64,000 bases of DNA from assembly GCF_021028975.2 (NCBI RefSeq), contig NC_059429.1:72416001-72480000 (forward strand), read 5' to 3'. The notes beneath the pieces were generated by a model. It was not told the DNA's origin and made no database searches. It saw only the letters and a program-made list of their open reading frames with translations. Shown piece by piece: positions 1 to 12,811 of this stretch (the stretch's first letter is position 1; each line of letters starts with the position of its first letter). The position numbers and the translations under genes are program-made. The DNA is from Sphaerodactylus townsendi. Its lineage: Eukaryota.

Positions 1-126
1 TCCAGGGCAAGTGAGAAGCAGAGGCGGCTTGCCAATGCCATTGTCTTCCTCTGCAGAGTCTTCCTTCTAGGTAACAACCCTGCTTGACTTCTGAAATCGG
101 TCTATGCCATTCTGTCTTCCCTCCCC
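1..126 (-). mobile_element. Degraded SINE fragment, possibly with a 5S rRNA-derived head
   Basis: accctgcttgacttctgaaatcgg resembles the reverse complement of a 5S-derived SINE head. Recall only. Confidence 0.35.
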
Positions 127-1273
127 AGGATCTATTAGCACATAACATTGTCCAACATTTCTGGTTGAGGGCATAAGGTGTTTTAAGGGTTGTTTGTTTT
201 TAATCTTAGTTTTATTAAATTGCTTAAATTGTTTTTACATTGCTGTTACTCCCTTGGCTCCTGGGATGCCTGGGCAAAGACGGGTACATAAATATTTTAA
301 ATACATAATCTTGTGTTCTAGAAATGAGGCATTTGTGGTAAAAGCTGCCAAAGCTATTACTATTTTTTTGTTTTCTTTATGGACCTCCAGCCACTAGAGA
401 CCATTTTTGTATGTTTTGAAAGAGATCTGATATTTTATTCTGCATCATTACACTTAATAGATCTCCTTGGCCTTTATTTCGTGCACCCACTAATACCTTT
501 GAAAAGGACTGGAAAGAGAGAGAGTAAATAGAAGTCCTTCATGGTGCTATTATTCTCTGATGGGATGCTGAGAGATTATTTGTCTTCTAGTAGTAGCATC
601 ACTTGTTACCTGATGATCACTGATCCATAGCTGTTTCAGACAATCTAAGATAATTATTACAAGTGTAAATTCAGATGAGAAAATGGGAGATTATGCACAA
701 AATGACTACCCTGGGAAGAAGATAAATAATTGCCACCCATTATTTCTGCATCAAGAGACCTGGTCAAAATTACTGTGTAGAGCAAAGAAAGGCAATGTTT
801 CTTCCTCCTCCCACTCTTGTCCACAGACAAAGAAAAATAGAGAGCCCATAATTAAAGGTGCCCCCTGCTCCCACAAGAGGGGTGCACAAGAAAGGAGATT
901 AACAGAAAAATAACAGGACTTGTTTTCCAATTTTTTGACCAGAGAAAAGAGATGTGAAGGATTCCAAATCAGAGATTTAAATTTGATAACTGCTGTTTAG
1001 ACAAACAGGGAGGATACTGTTCTGAATTGAGGAGCTCTGATGTCTGCACAGAGTTGTGAAAGCAAAATTTCAGATATAAAAGATGGTTTGGTTTGTGACG
1101 TCTGTTCTATCTAGTTTTTAGAACCATGTATTATGTAACAGGTGACATCTTTTTTTGGCTAGGACACTATATAAAATGAAACAGTCCCTAAACATTACAT
1201 TTTCCAAGTATACTTGCAAAATGTGAATATGTAACTAGGGGCAGAGTAAAGACAGCTGTGAATCACCACGGGG

Positions 1274-1887
1274 TGCGATTGCCGCTCGGGGTGGGTTAGT
1301 GGAGCAGAACTGGCTACAATTGCCCAGGCCAGGCCAGGGCGGAGGCCAAGGCCTGGCCTATAATCGGCAGGGCAGACGTCACTGGAGGGGGGCAGATCAG
1401 AGTCTTTAAATGAACAAACCCTCCTTTGTGCCAGTCATGTGCTTTGGCCGGCCCACGATTTGCCCGCCCACCTCTCCCCAATTTTACAAGTTGTTAATGC
1501 ATGTTCTTTTGTCATAGCCTCGGCAGTTGGTGCATGGGTATTGATCCGAAAGGGCCAGGGAAAGGGAGCTAGGGAGCTATCTCTTTCCCCACTTCGAGTG
1601 GCCAATGGCGGCAAGAGGCAACCGCCCTGCCGGACAGGGCCAATGGGGAACACCTCTTGCCAGGAGTGTCCGCCCGGCAGAGCCCCTCAGTGGAGCGGAG
1701 CTCCAATACGAGGAATCCGCTCGCAGGAGCTTCGCCATGACGATCAGATCAAGACCCATGCTTCGCCTCACGCTTCTGTCTTTTGTATAATAAATGGCTA
1801 TGGCCAATTGATTTATCCCAGCCAAGGTGTTGTGTGATTATTGGGAGAGGATCCACGAGAAGGTTCCACCCTCAGACGGCAATAGCA
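1274..1887. mobile_element. GC-rich non-autonomous DNA transposon (MITE-like)
   Basis: Imperfect terminal inverted repeats, tgcgattgccgctcggggtgg and ccaccctcagacggcaatagca, around a CpG-rich interior in AT-rich flanks. Confidence 0.5.
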
Positions 1888-2285
1888 TTTTGTAAGCAGA
1901 AGATCCAAGCTTTTAATCTTTGCCATCTCCATCAAAAATGATCTATTCAGTCCTTCACACTTTGAATAGCCAGTGTCAGGCAGAAAAAAATAATATTGGG
2001 TTAGATGGACAAATGGTCTGATTTGATATAAGGCAACTTAGTATGTTCTATGAAGTGATTTGGCTATGCAGCAAATGTCTGTTTTCAACCACAGGCATAC
2101 AGAGAACCAGGACTTCCTTGGCTTGCTACTGCATGTATCACAAAGTAGCAGACCCTGCATTTGCTGCCACATAATGTGTAGTGAATATTAGAGATATACT
2201 GCTTTACAATCGTGGGGTTGTTCAACATTTTGGATACAGTTCAGTCAGAGTTCAGCATTTTAAAGTCTGAGCTGTTTCAGTGAAA

Positions 2286-2840
2286 GGCCATTTCCGTACG
2301 GCACAACCATGCCTGGTTACAACCGTTTTCTTACAGTCCAGGTCTGTTTTATCCTAGTTTCTCCCTTCGCTTGGCTGCCCATTTTGTGAAGGAATCCAGG
2401 GAAGACCGGAAGGAAATATTCCAATTTCTACTGCACGAGCCCAGGTCTTTTGTATTTACATTGCAAGAGTATCCACACATGTCCGGTGTCCCACATTCTA
2501 ATTGGCTATTGTTTTTGAGTAGCAGCTTGAATGAGCCTCAGGTGGGGAGATCAGCGGGTTGGGGTGGGGCAGGGAGATCAGATGGCTGGGCGGGAAAAAT
2601 AAACTGGTTCTGCTCCCATGGTGTTTGCAAGTGAACTGGGGGAAGGTGTTTCATCAGGTGGCAGGAAGATTGCCTGAAGCCAGCATCCAAGGGTTTCCCC
2701 AGCAAGGGGATGCTATTCATCGGGCAACAGGTGAGTCGCCCAGTGCCAAGATCTAGGATCCATCCCCAAGCTGTGGTTTTACTCCCTTACCTGTATTCAA
2801 TAAACAAGTTGTGGCCAATTTTCTACCCAAATAAGAATGG
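2286..2840. mobile_element. Probable Harbinger-type non-autonomous element (right end uncertain)
   Basis: Starts ggccatttccgtacgg, matching the TIR (ccgtgcggaaatggcc) of the element at 62728-63249. Confidence 0.4.
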
Positions 2841-5000
2841 CATGCATGTCTTTTTCATCTCCTATGCTTTGCTATATTCCCTCCTGAAATCGAAAGGAGT
2901 TCCAGAGAATGTTATCAGTAGGTTGGATTCCATAATCTATCAACAGAGAAGTCTGATGGTCACAGATCTCCACTGTTTTCTCTGCATCTAGCAGTCCTTT
3001 TCTGTCCTAGGAAAGCTTTTGTCCATGGTTGCAGGACCTGCATCAAGCCACATCCATGCAGGGCAGAAGGCTACAGAAGGCTGAAGAAGGGGCAAAAATC
3101 ACTCCCTCCTACTCTCCAGTGAGTTGAGCTCTTCCAGTGGAAGAGGAAGAAGAAAGTGATTGCAATTACTGCTGGGGAGAAGGAGAAAACAGGGAAGATC
3201 CTTGTGTGAACTACACATGGTTCTTGTGTGGAATCCTGCCCCGAGAACTGAAACCTTGAGTAGCTATCATTTTTGATCAGTTGTACAGCTTCCACAGTTC
3301 TAAATAAAATTTCCTTGTTCCACACTTCAGTCTCCTCAGACATCATTTCATGAAGTTTCCAGAAATAGCTCATGCTCTTTGGAAGAGTAAGAGTTTGAAA
3401 CCAGAAGCAGGGTTGACTTAGGAATTCCTTTTAGTCACCTGATGCTCTGGTTAAACAAATAATAGAAAAAGAGTGAGAAGGATGGACTTTTCTCCATCTA
3501 AACAAGAGGTGACAAATATCTGCAAGCTTTGACTACTATTTTAGAGATTCTTAAAAACTGGAATCTAGCTACACCAGGCTGGGCAAATTTTAGCCATTAG
3601 ACTAAGTTGGGTCATATTCCTTACACTTATTGTACAATGGATAGAGTTAGCATGTGGCATGTTTTTGGTGACTATGTGGAAAGGTCATAAGCCTCTACAG
3701 AGATTGCTGAGTATGGAAATCCCCTTTTCTATGCAATATGTGCTTTGGCACATAAGTTGTTCTAAAGAAGTAGTAGCCTCAAGACCAAGTTTTGTGTCAC
3801 ACTTCTTTTCTGAGGGGTGACATGTAGGACACAGGGAATATAATTAGGTGTCCCTGTGGTTTGTGGTTGCTTGTCATTTCTGTCAGTTCTTATTTTTAGG
3901 CAAATTATATGTTTCTGTCTCAGGAAAAAGAACCAGGTTTTGTTGATGTAATTCTTCTAAAATTTAGGCCCTAGCAATTGCTTTTCATAAATTGTGTTAT
4001 CTTGGAAACCTCCAGTTTCCAGTAGTATATGTTGGGTAAGAAATTGATTCTTGTCATGAATTATGATTAGGGATGGATAGATTCCCCTCACCCTATTTCA
4101 TTGTTTTCTTGTTCTGGAATTTTGCTCCACACTGCATTCTAGTTCTGAATTCTGTATTAACTAAAAGAATATGTGTAATTAAATATGAAATTGAAGCTTG
4201 AACAATTTTCTACAACATTTTGTTCCTCTTGTTCATTTGCACCTTTCTCCCCCATGCATTATCAACAGGCACATGTTCGTTAATCACTTCTAAAATGCAA
4301 CCTTGCCATGATCTTATGGACTGTTGCAGTGTGTTACTGATGAGTACAAGTACCTCTGTGTGTCAGTACTATATGCGCACACACAAGGCTTGATAAATTG
4401 TGCATAGAATCACAACAAGCAAGATTGCTTTTTATTTTATGTTTTGCAGTATTTTATCAATGCATGTACACACACTGAACAAAAAGAGTTACATATCAAC
4501 TGCAGGAACTGAAAGCTGTTGTTGAATGCACAGCATTCTGTAAAACAATCTGAAAATTTCAACCCTGCACTAATGGGTAATTGTTATGTATTGGCTATAT
4601 TTTAAACCAAGGTGTTCAGACCTCCAAAATCAGTGAAAATGTTGAAAGTTTCCCTAATAATAATACTATTACTAAATAAAAACCCACAAAAATATGGTTC
4701 TTCAGTATTATATGAATGATGGCTAATTGTAATTAGCTATCTAATTATAATTATCCATCTGAAACTGACTGTGAATGACTGTACACTGAAAATTGAACCT
4801 TGTATTATTTTTTGGTTTTTTATATTTCTGTAATCAGAAACAGGTGGGGTTATTTGTCTTCTCTGATTGTGCTAGAATATTTGCATAGTCAGGTATCTGG
4901 CACAAAGTGTGTTTGCTTCTGTTGATTTCTAAGAACCTCACCTTTCATTTTCAAATGAAGTCTTTTTATAACCTCCCTTGTTGTAGAGATAAGATTGACA

Positions 5001-5068
5001 TGGTTCTCAATATATATATATTGGTTCTCAATATATATATATATATTGGTTCTCAAGAATATATATAT
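5001..5068. repeat. Compound tandem repeat, tggttctcaa(ta)n x3
   Basis: Directly visible. Confidence 0.85.
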
Positions 5069-5524
5069 TCTTGCCCCTATTTCTCCTTTGTAGCTAAGGT
5101 GCAGTGCTTTCCCCATTGATTTCAGTGGGAAATATTTAAGATAGCATAAGTCTCCCATTAAAATAATGTGATTTGCTGCTGGATCTGGGGCTGTCGGGTC
5201 TCGGGGTTTGACCTGACGTTTCAGGATTTTAGCCATTTCCCCCAGTGTCTCCAGGGGAAGGAGAAGTGCCAGAGTAAGGAGACAGAATCATTGCTCTTTT
5301 GCACAGGCCTTCTCTCTCCATTTTACTCCCCCTCTCCCACTTCTTCCATTCTTAGTCAGAGTTAACATTATATAGTCATAACAAATCTGCCTGAAAACAC
5401 ATGTAGAAGAGAGTAATAATTCTGCACAACAGATCAGCTCGACTTAAGATCTAAACTGTTTTTAAAAACAGGACCTGTACTCTGCACCATCCATCCAGTC
5501 GTATTTCCTTAGGCTTCACTCCTT

Positions 5525-5663
5525 GGTGGATTCCGCATGGGCCAAAAACAGCCAAAAACAGCAGTGTGAAAACAGTATGAAAACAGTGTAAAATGGTTTA
5601 AAACGGAGTAAAAGGGTTTACACCGTTTTCACAACACTGTTTTTGGCCCATACAGAATCCGCC
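5525..5663. mobile_element. Palindromic Harbinger-like MITE
   Basis: TIRs ggtggattccgcatgggccaaaaacag and ctgtttttggcccatacagaatccgcc; the interior is also largely self-complementary. Confidence 0.75.
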
Positions 5664-6449
5664 CCTGAGTCTCTAGTCCTGAGTCTCAGAGGACCTGGTA
5701 ATCCTAGCAGGATTTTTTCCTGTAAATTTTGCAAAAATGTTAATATAGGGTTCAAAACAAAGCTTTCAAATAAAGCTGGATATTGGGGGGGGGGGGGGGG
5801 CGTGTGTGTGTGTTTGGGCCAGGAGGAAATACCTCAATATTTTGGCCATGGAACCTGGAGAGCAGGGTTTGGGGAGGAGTATTTGTCAGTGAAACAAACC
5901 TTTTTTAGTCCTTGGTGAATTATGTTACATCACACATGGTAGTCCTCTGAAAACTGATCTTTCCTCTGTAATTTGTATTTAAGACTTTTCCTCTTTCCTT
6001 AATTCAGGAATTACTTAATTCTGGTAAGTAATTCCTTAATTCTTAGGCATCATTTTTAAAATAGGACTCCTATTTTGTTAGTGTTTTATGAAATGAACTT
6101 TTGCCACATTTTATGAATTAACCATACATTGGAAATGGTCTTTATTTTAGCATTATTATCCAGAAAGTACAAGGCATTAAAAGTTCTCCAAAACTATAAT
6201 ATGCTGGGTGTGAGCTTCCAAAGAGCAGCACAGTGATTTCATATGCTCATTGTCAAAATGAATCCAGAAGGGACATACTGCATATACAGTTTAGCTGAAT
6301 CCATTCTTCACTGTAAGAGTTTATAGTCCTTCCACAACCAACTTCCCTCAATATAAGCATTATTTCTGGGATAGGAGAAGAGCTTGTTTTCATCCCCAGC
6401 AAGGACTCAATAGTGATTTGGAGTAACACCCCTTCTCTGCTTATTCCAG

Positions 6450-6581
6450 ACCTTGCATCTGTTGAATTGGATCCTTTTGATGGACAGACAGTAGCCAAAA
6501 TGCTCAGAGGCTATCTGGAACAATCGCCTCACCCTGTGATTCACCCAGCAATATACTGTGAACTACTCTACACAGTTAAAG
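6450..6581 (+). CDS. PIK3R3: Internal coding exon (132 nt, phase 1-1) of a p85-type PI3K regulatory subunit, BH/RhoGAP domain; probably long-form PIK3R3 (paralogue tentative)
   Basis: Acceptor ccttctctgcttattccAG at 6448-6449 and donor GTaaat at 6582. Translates (D)LASVELDPFDGQTVAKMLRGYLEQSPHPVIHPAIYCELLYTVK(E), which aligns without gaps to p85alpha [45 protein letters not shown]. Length and phases equal the recalled 132-nt PIK3R1 exon. The family call is firm; the symbol is inferred. Confidence 0.88.
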
Positions 6582-6636
6582 GTAAATGGTTATTGTTCCC
6601 TTTTTGACCACATTTCAAAATGTCCACATTCTGAAA

Positions 6637-7341
6637 TGTGAGCACCACACCGCACTGCCCCTTTTCACTGTCCCCACAAGGTAGGCTCAGATCCTCACAA
6701 TAAGTCAGCTCGATAACAGAAGATTAATACAGGGTTCTTTGCCCCCAAGGCATTTATTTCCACTTCAAGCAGTTACAGTGCTCTCCTCCCCCTCCATATC
6801 TTTCCTATCAACCACCCCGTGCTTCCCCCTCTGTCCTCCTTTTATCCCTCTCAAAACCCCACCCCCACCCCATCTCCCTGCTCCAGGGAATTAATGGCCA
6901 GCAGGCTGTCTTTCAAGCCCTGCCAGCTTGGGACTGACCCCCACCCCCACCCCAAATGCTCTTGGCCCTTCCCCCTGATGGCAACCTGGTCTGGGCTGTG
7001 TGAGCTCTGCCGTACTCTGAGGAAAGGCTGAGGCCTGCTGGTTGCAGTCTGGTCAAAGCTGTGTCAGCCTTGCCCTGCTCTGGGGAACTGCTGAGGTCTA
7101 CTGCTTACAGATTTACCTCAGCTTTATTGGTCCTGCTCTGCTCTGTAGAGGCTGGCAGCTGCTGCTTCTCAGGCCTTCCCACCAGCTTCTCCTGGCTTCC
7201 ACAAGGTCCCTTTGTTTGCTGGAAATCCAGGGAAGGTTGCCAGTTGCAGGATGTCCTGCCATTCATGGGTGAGCATCCATGAAAGGGAGGGGTGTGAGAA
7301 GGGCTTCTGGGTGCTGGAAGTCAGCCTTGTCCCCAGACACA
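6637..7341 (-). mobile_element. Possible solo LTR
   Basis: TG...CA ends; reverse-strand AATAAA near 6753 and a TATA-like motif near 6840. No clear TSD. Confidence 0.35.
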
Positions 7342-7469
7342 AACATTCTGTTATCCATTTGGGATATAGGAATGTGTCATTTTAAGGACTCCTGGAAAAT
7401 TGTTAGATTGTGTGACAAATAGTCCAGTCATAGTTAGTCTTCAAAAGAGCTGTAGTATTGCAGGGCAAG

Positions 7470-7850
7470 TGCCAACCATTATAATCTATACAAGGTAGAA
7501 GAGCTCCTAGTTTAGGAGTCTACTTGTCTGTAGGATACAAGTCTCACATTGGACAGGGTTATGCTACCACTGGAGATTCAGCTTCACACCTTGGAGTATT
7601 CCTAGAACCAGTCTTCTTTCTGGATGGCATGGGGGAACAGTGGCCAGGAGTACTTTTTTTAAAATTAGCTTAGATTGGTGTTTGATCCATGGACCACAAT
7701 TACACATCCTGCAGTAGTCTCAAGTTTAAATTACTATAATGCAATCCACACAGGGCTGCCTTTGAAAAATTCTTAAGAACTCAAATTAGTTCAAAATGGA
7801 CTGCTGAACTGCTTGATTACCATCTGGGGCTTGCCACTGGGATCACAGTA
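7470..7850 (+). mobile_element. Old L2-clade LINE ORF2 C-terminal fragment
   Basis: Decayed coding resembling LGVxLxP...VARS...SxLxYxNA...GLPLK...LKLVQN, typical of the L2 RT C-terminus. Confidence 0.65.
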
Positions 7851-9429
7851 CAACAATGTCAACCAATTAAAAAACTTGCAGATGCCCTTTTGATATACAA
7901 ATAATTTACAATTTAATAAACAAAAGCTGTAGAAAAGGAAGGCCTCCTTTAATATTTTCTTTTTCATTCCTTGTTACATTAAGATGATAGAATCAAAACA
8001 GTTTCAAGAACAGAGCCCTGAATTTGCAGTTCAGTTGGTTACAATTTGCTTTTATCAACTAAAATTCACTCCAAATGACATATCAACCAAAGTTTCAATT
8101 TATTAATCTACAAATTAAAACTTTAGGCCAGTTTTGACTGATGCTATTAATGTGGTTTTTGCAATAATGTCCAAATTCAATTTATGCCTGTTTTTTACAA
8201 AGTTTAAAAAACCAAATTAGCAAGGTCATTACATGAAAATGAATGTAGGAAGCATTGAGTTCCCAAAACCTTTTACACGGACTGAAATGGGCACTGTGGA
8301 CCTATCGATTGCATTTATACTCCATCCTTCCTAAAAAAATTTTTAGATATATTTATTCCCTCCCTTGTAGGTTATGCTAAAAGGAAATGGTGGCCAAGTT
8401 GAGTGGGCATTTGATGGAAATGAGTGGCCAGTGAGCACGGGTGAGTGCTTGTTTGAACTCAGCTCATCCCAGTTCAGTTCTGCACTCACTTTGGACCAAA
8501 CTAGATATGGTGGCATCCTTGTATCAAACATGGGGATGCCAGTACCATTTTCAAATGATTTAACAATGCTGCAATTCTGATTGGGCATAGAGGGTAGCAA
8601 GTAGAAGGAGTCTTGTTTCCCTCTCCCCTGTATCTTTTCAAGTGCTAAAGGAGCAGCATATGCATTCACCCCATGCAGCTGTTTTAGCATTTGAAAAGTC
8701 AAAGAAGGGAAATAGGTGTCCCTCAGCCCACCATGCCTTAGGCATTTGCAGCATGTTAAAACTCTTTAAGATGGCAGTGGCAGCCTCATGGTGGACATGA
8801 GGACACCATCAAATCTAGTCGGGCCTAAGGGAATGCCCATTTCACAGGCCTGCTACAGATGGTCTTTGGAAAAGTGCCACCAATAAAGGCATTGAACTTT
8901 GAAAGCTAGAATTCAAGTCAACAGCACCGGTTGGATTGAAAATACATTTATGTGAAGGATTCACTTCCATGTCAGATTTCAGCAATGAGCAGGTTGCTGT
9001 TGTGCATATCAGATTGCCACCTAAACTTAATTTGAAGTGAATTTGTCAGGTCCAGCTCAGGTGAACCATATGCAGAGTGACTGAAAAGAATCTCAGCCAG
9101 AGGTGCTAAGTTCCAAATTGTATTTATAAGAGGGAAAGCAACAACAATTTGCATTAGAAAACCTATCCATATGGATGGTGAGCCTGTTCCAAAAGCAAAA
9201 CATGCCAAAGTCACAGAATAATTTCTTCAGGTTCCCTCAGAAAAGGTTGAAATATCATGGTTTCAGAAATCAACATTATTCTGTTGTTTGAAGCATTTCC
9301 CATTTCGCTGGTGGTATCCTCAAATATGATGAAAAATAGTAATTGAAAATAAGAGCCTTAAACGGGCTACACTAATAACACCAATATTGTTTTTATCGAC
9401 TCACATTTTAGTGAGCCTCATTTGAATCT

Positions 9430-10250
9430 GCTTTATACTGAGGCAGACTATCAGTCCTCCTGGTGTTTTCTATTCTGTCTGACAGCAGCTCTCTAAGATA
9501 GGGGTCCCCAAACTTTTTAAACAGGGGGCCAGTTCACTGGCCCTCAGACTGTTGGTGGGGCCGGACTAAAAAAAACTAAAAAAACCTATGCACAAATGAT
9601 TGTAAAATGTTTGATTTCACCTTTCAGCCTTTCTGTCATGGTCTATTTTTAGAACAGTGACCAAAGTATGTCAAGTACAGGGTGGGCTCCAAATATTGTT
9701 GGGGAGGCTGTGGAATACCTTCCCCTGTAAAAAAAAAAGCAGAACTTTCCCAATGAAGCATTCCATCTAACCCAGGATCAGGTATCTTCCTGGGTTTCTT
9801 TCCCTCCCTAGCAGCCAGCGTAGCGATCCTGGCCAGCCTGGCTGATGCCAGTGAGGGAGTGAGGCGGAACAAGAAAGCCTGAGGAAGCAAACACATGGAG
9901 TAGCCAAGAGGGGAAAGGGTGGAGCGAAGCGTTGCCACATGTAAGGTTTCCAACTCTGGGTCAGCAACTTCATGGAAATTTGGGGGTGAACTAATGTAAC
10001 TGCAATCAACAGCCGTTGGGGCCGGTTCCTCCTCTCCCTCGAGCCCCCACTGCACATGAATGGAGCCATCACTGCCATGCCTGGCGGGCCGGATAAATGC
10101 CTTCAGGGGGCCACATTTGGCCCCCGGGCCGTAGTTTGGGGACCCCTGCTCTAAGATATGGGATGGATTTTCCAAGTCCTGCTACTCAAGATGCTTTTTG
10201 GCTGGAGAGCCCGAGGGGACATGCTCTACCGTTGCACCAAAGCCTCTCCT
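9430..10250 (-). mobile_element. tRNA-derived SINE with CR1-like tail, interrupted by the hAT element at 9499-10148
   Basis: The flanks join into a recognisable reverse-complemented SINE. Related pieces lie at about 1960-2050 and 26100-26260. Confidence 0.45.
9499..10148. mobile_element. Non-autonomous hAT transposon, OposCharlie1 (OC1)-like
   Basis: TIRs (t/c)aggggtccccaaact; perfect 8-bp TSD ctctaaga at 9491-9498 and 10149-10156. Subterminal sequences match recalled OC1 ends. Confidence 0.9.
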
Positions 10251-11105
10251 CCTCCCCAGTCATTCTGGGTGGGTGGGCGGACCTTGCTTTATTTCATAGT
10301 AAAATAATAGGAACTATTTCTGCTTGTAAGAGGTTTCACATCTACATGTTTAAACAAATGTATTTAGAATCTGAGCCTGTAGGTAGGAACCTTGTATTTA
10401 TGTAGAATATTTTAAGAGTATTTAGCAATACAAAAATGATAAGGAAGGAGGATGCCCTTTACTGAGAATCATTTTAGTAATATCAGAACAAACTACTGCA
10501 TATTTTCCCAGAATGATATGAACATGCGAGGAATTCCTTGCAAATCTTGAGTGTGGATGGGTCCTACTTAACAGCCCCACTGAAAAAGTAGGAGAGAATG
10601 TGAAGAGCAAATCTTTACCCTATCAAACCCAGTGTTTAGTAAGCTATTAATAACCCCCTGTTACATCTACACTCTAGAATAGATTTGCTCTGGGCTTTGC
10701 CTCTGTCACCACCCTGAAAAGAATTGGAAACTGATGTTGAAATGGTGAATTTCAGTGTTGTAATGCTGTATATTGCACTGGGTGGCAGAAGAGTTGTTGT
10801 TTTGGTTAAATTTCTTCCACTTTCCATGCTTTTTGAACCCAAACCTGAAAAATCTACACTCATAGTTGTCCTCATAGCTCTAAAAAAGTTTGCAGAATGA
10901 TACCTAAATTCAGCTGCATTGATCATGATAAGAAGATATGGGCCATAGCAATGCAGTTTTCCCCATCAACTTGATATGACTAGGCTAGCAGCTTCATGTT
11001 TCCATTCTCAGCCTCTAAACTGAACAGCAGCTGAGAGGAAGAAAAGGCTCTGTCACTGGCACCAGACAATGAAAGCAGAGAGGGAATGGGAATAGGTTGG
11101 GCTTG

Positions 11106-12180
11106 TGTAAGAAACAATCTGGACAAAGTTGATGAAGCAGGTAACAAAGCTTTTATTGGTTCTCGGTCTTGCAAGTTCCGGTGCCCTCTCAGAGAGAGAC
11201 ACACAGTTCCTTGGCTGTGCAGCAGCTTATATTTCCTTTTTAGGACCACCCATTCCCTCCTTCTTGTCTCCATTGGCAGGAGATAAGAGGGCTTAGCCTA
11301 TTACAATTCATCTGGACATATTATGTCATATACCAGGTGGCATCTCCTCCAATTAATATTTCTTTATATGGTCAATTCCTGCAATTAGTGTCAACCCTGT
11401 TAGTATCTTTATGATATATTTTCTTTCTGTGAGGACATCGTAGGTTCATCCAAGGGTTGCTTATCAGCAGGTGCCCCTCTGCTGACCTAGGCCTGCTAAT
11501 TGGAACGTGGATCCTGTCCTACGTTCCTATAACTATTGAATCTGGGCTTCAGAAGCATCTTAAAATGTTTCTTTATAAGATTTAAGTCAATATAAGTCAA
11601 TATATTGGACAAACTGGTAGCTATCGGTCTAAAAGGCTTAACCGGATTTCAAAATAGAGTTTCTGCTGGTCAGCTAGCATCTAGGGCCCTCTCTAAAGAA
11701 GCAAACTGCCTTATGGACTGAGAAAAAGACATTTTCTTTGGCCATATTAAAGAATTATACAAAGATTCTCATAAAGCATACTCAAAATACATATATTCTT
11801 TAAGTTCCATTATTTAGTTACAATATAGAAGCATTTTAAACGTAAAAACATATTATGAACTTTCCCCTACTAAACTCTTGAACCCCTTTTCCTGCCAGCT
11901 CATTAGAGCAAGTATACTAAACCAGCACACGTTATCATTACACTCCCTTTTTCTACTAACGGACTTCAAAGGAGGTGATATGACAGTCAAGCCATTCATC
12001 TCTCCTTCTGTTCCAATTAGTACCATTCTGGTGGGATATGATCTCAGAGCAGGTGTGCTTCATCCCAATTAGCCAACAAACTTTAAGACTTCTATCTGCT
12101 GCCAAGGTCACTATGCTCCCTTCTTAACGGACTTCAAAAGAGGAGATATGATAACCTTGGAGTCAATTGGACTTCTAACA
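11106..12180 (-). mobile_element. Solo LTR of an endogenous retrovirus (boundaries approximate)
   Basis: TG start; reverse AATAAA at 11152-11157 and TATA at about 11226-11232; internal duplicated motif taacggacttcaaa at about 11957 and 12125. Confidence 0.55.
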
Positions 12181-12213
12181 TCTTTAAAGTGAACTTTATA
12201 TGAACTCTACACA

Positions 12214-12407
12214 AACATAAGAACATAAAAACATAAGAACAAGCCAGCTGGATCAGACCAGAGTCCATCTAGTCCAGCTCTCTGCTACTCACAGTGGCCC
12301 ACCAGGTGCCTTTGGGAGCTCACATGCAGGATGTGAAAGCAATGGCCTTCTGCAGCTGTTGCTCCCGAGCACCTGGTCTGTTAAGGCATTTGCAATCTCA
12401 GATCAAA
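12214..12407 (-). mobile_element. CR1 LINE 3' UTR fragment
   Basis: (ataagaac)n tail; near-identical to the reverse complement of 14735-14918. Confidence 0.9.
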
Positions 12408-12811
12408 ACGTTTATAAAGCTAAATTATAGTCAGTGTTCAACAACCTTTGTATTTTCTGTGAAGGCTATATTCTTTGTGACTTCTAAATAATGCCTATAT
12501 TTGTGCACTAAAATGTTTATCTGTGAAAATACTTACTATAGTCTTACATTTCAGGAAAATACTTAATAATACCTTCTTTGTGTAAAAGCAACATTTTGTC
12601 ATCTCTCACAGTTTGTTTCATGCAGAAATGGAGCACCCACACTACACTTGCACAGAGGTCACGAGCAGCCTCTGATACGGAGCAAGATCCTTCTGAGGTG
12701 TGTGTGCTGGTAAGAGTTGTGGAGTCACTGATTCAAGCCTGGTGCCATTTATCTTGTATGCATATGTTGTGAGTAGCTAGCTAAGTTCCATGAGTATATT
12801 ACAGATGGTGG

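Noticed and set aside
1-6449. Upstream SH3 and early BH exons
   Set aside because: No convincing match; candidates at about 2094 and 2620-2730 hit stops or lie inside a probable transposon.
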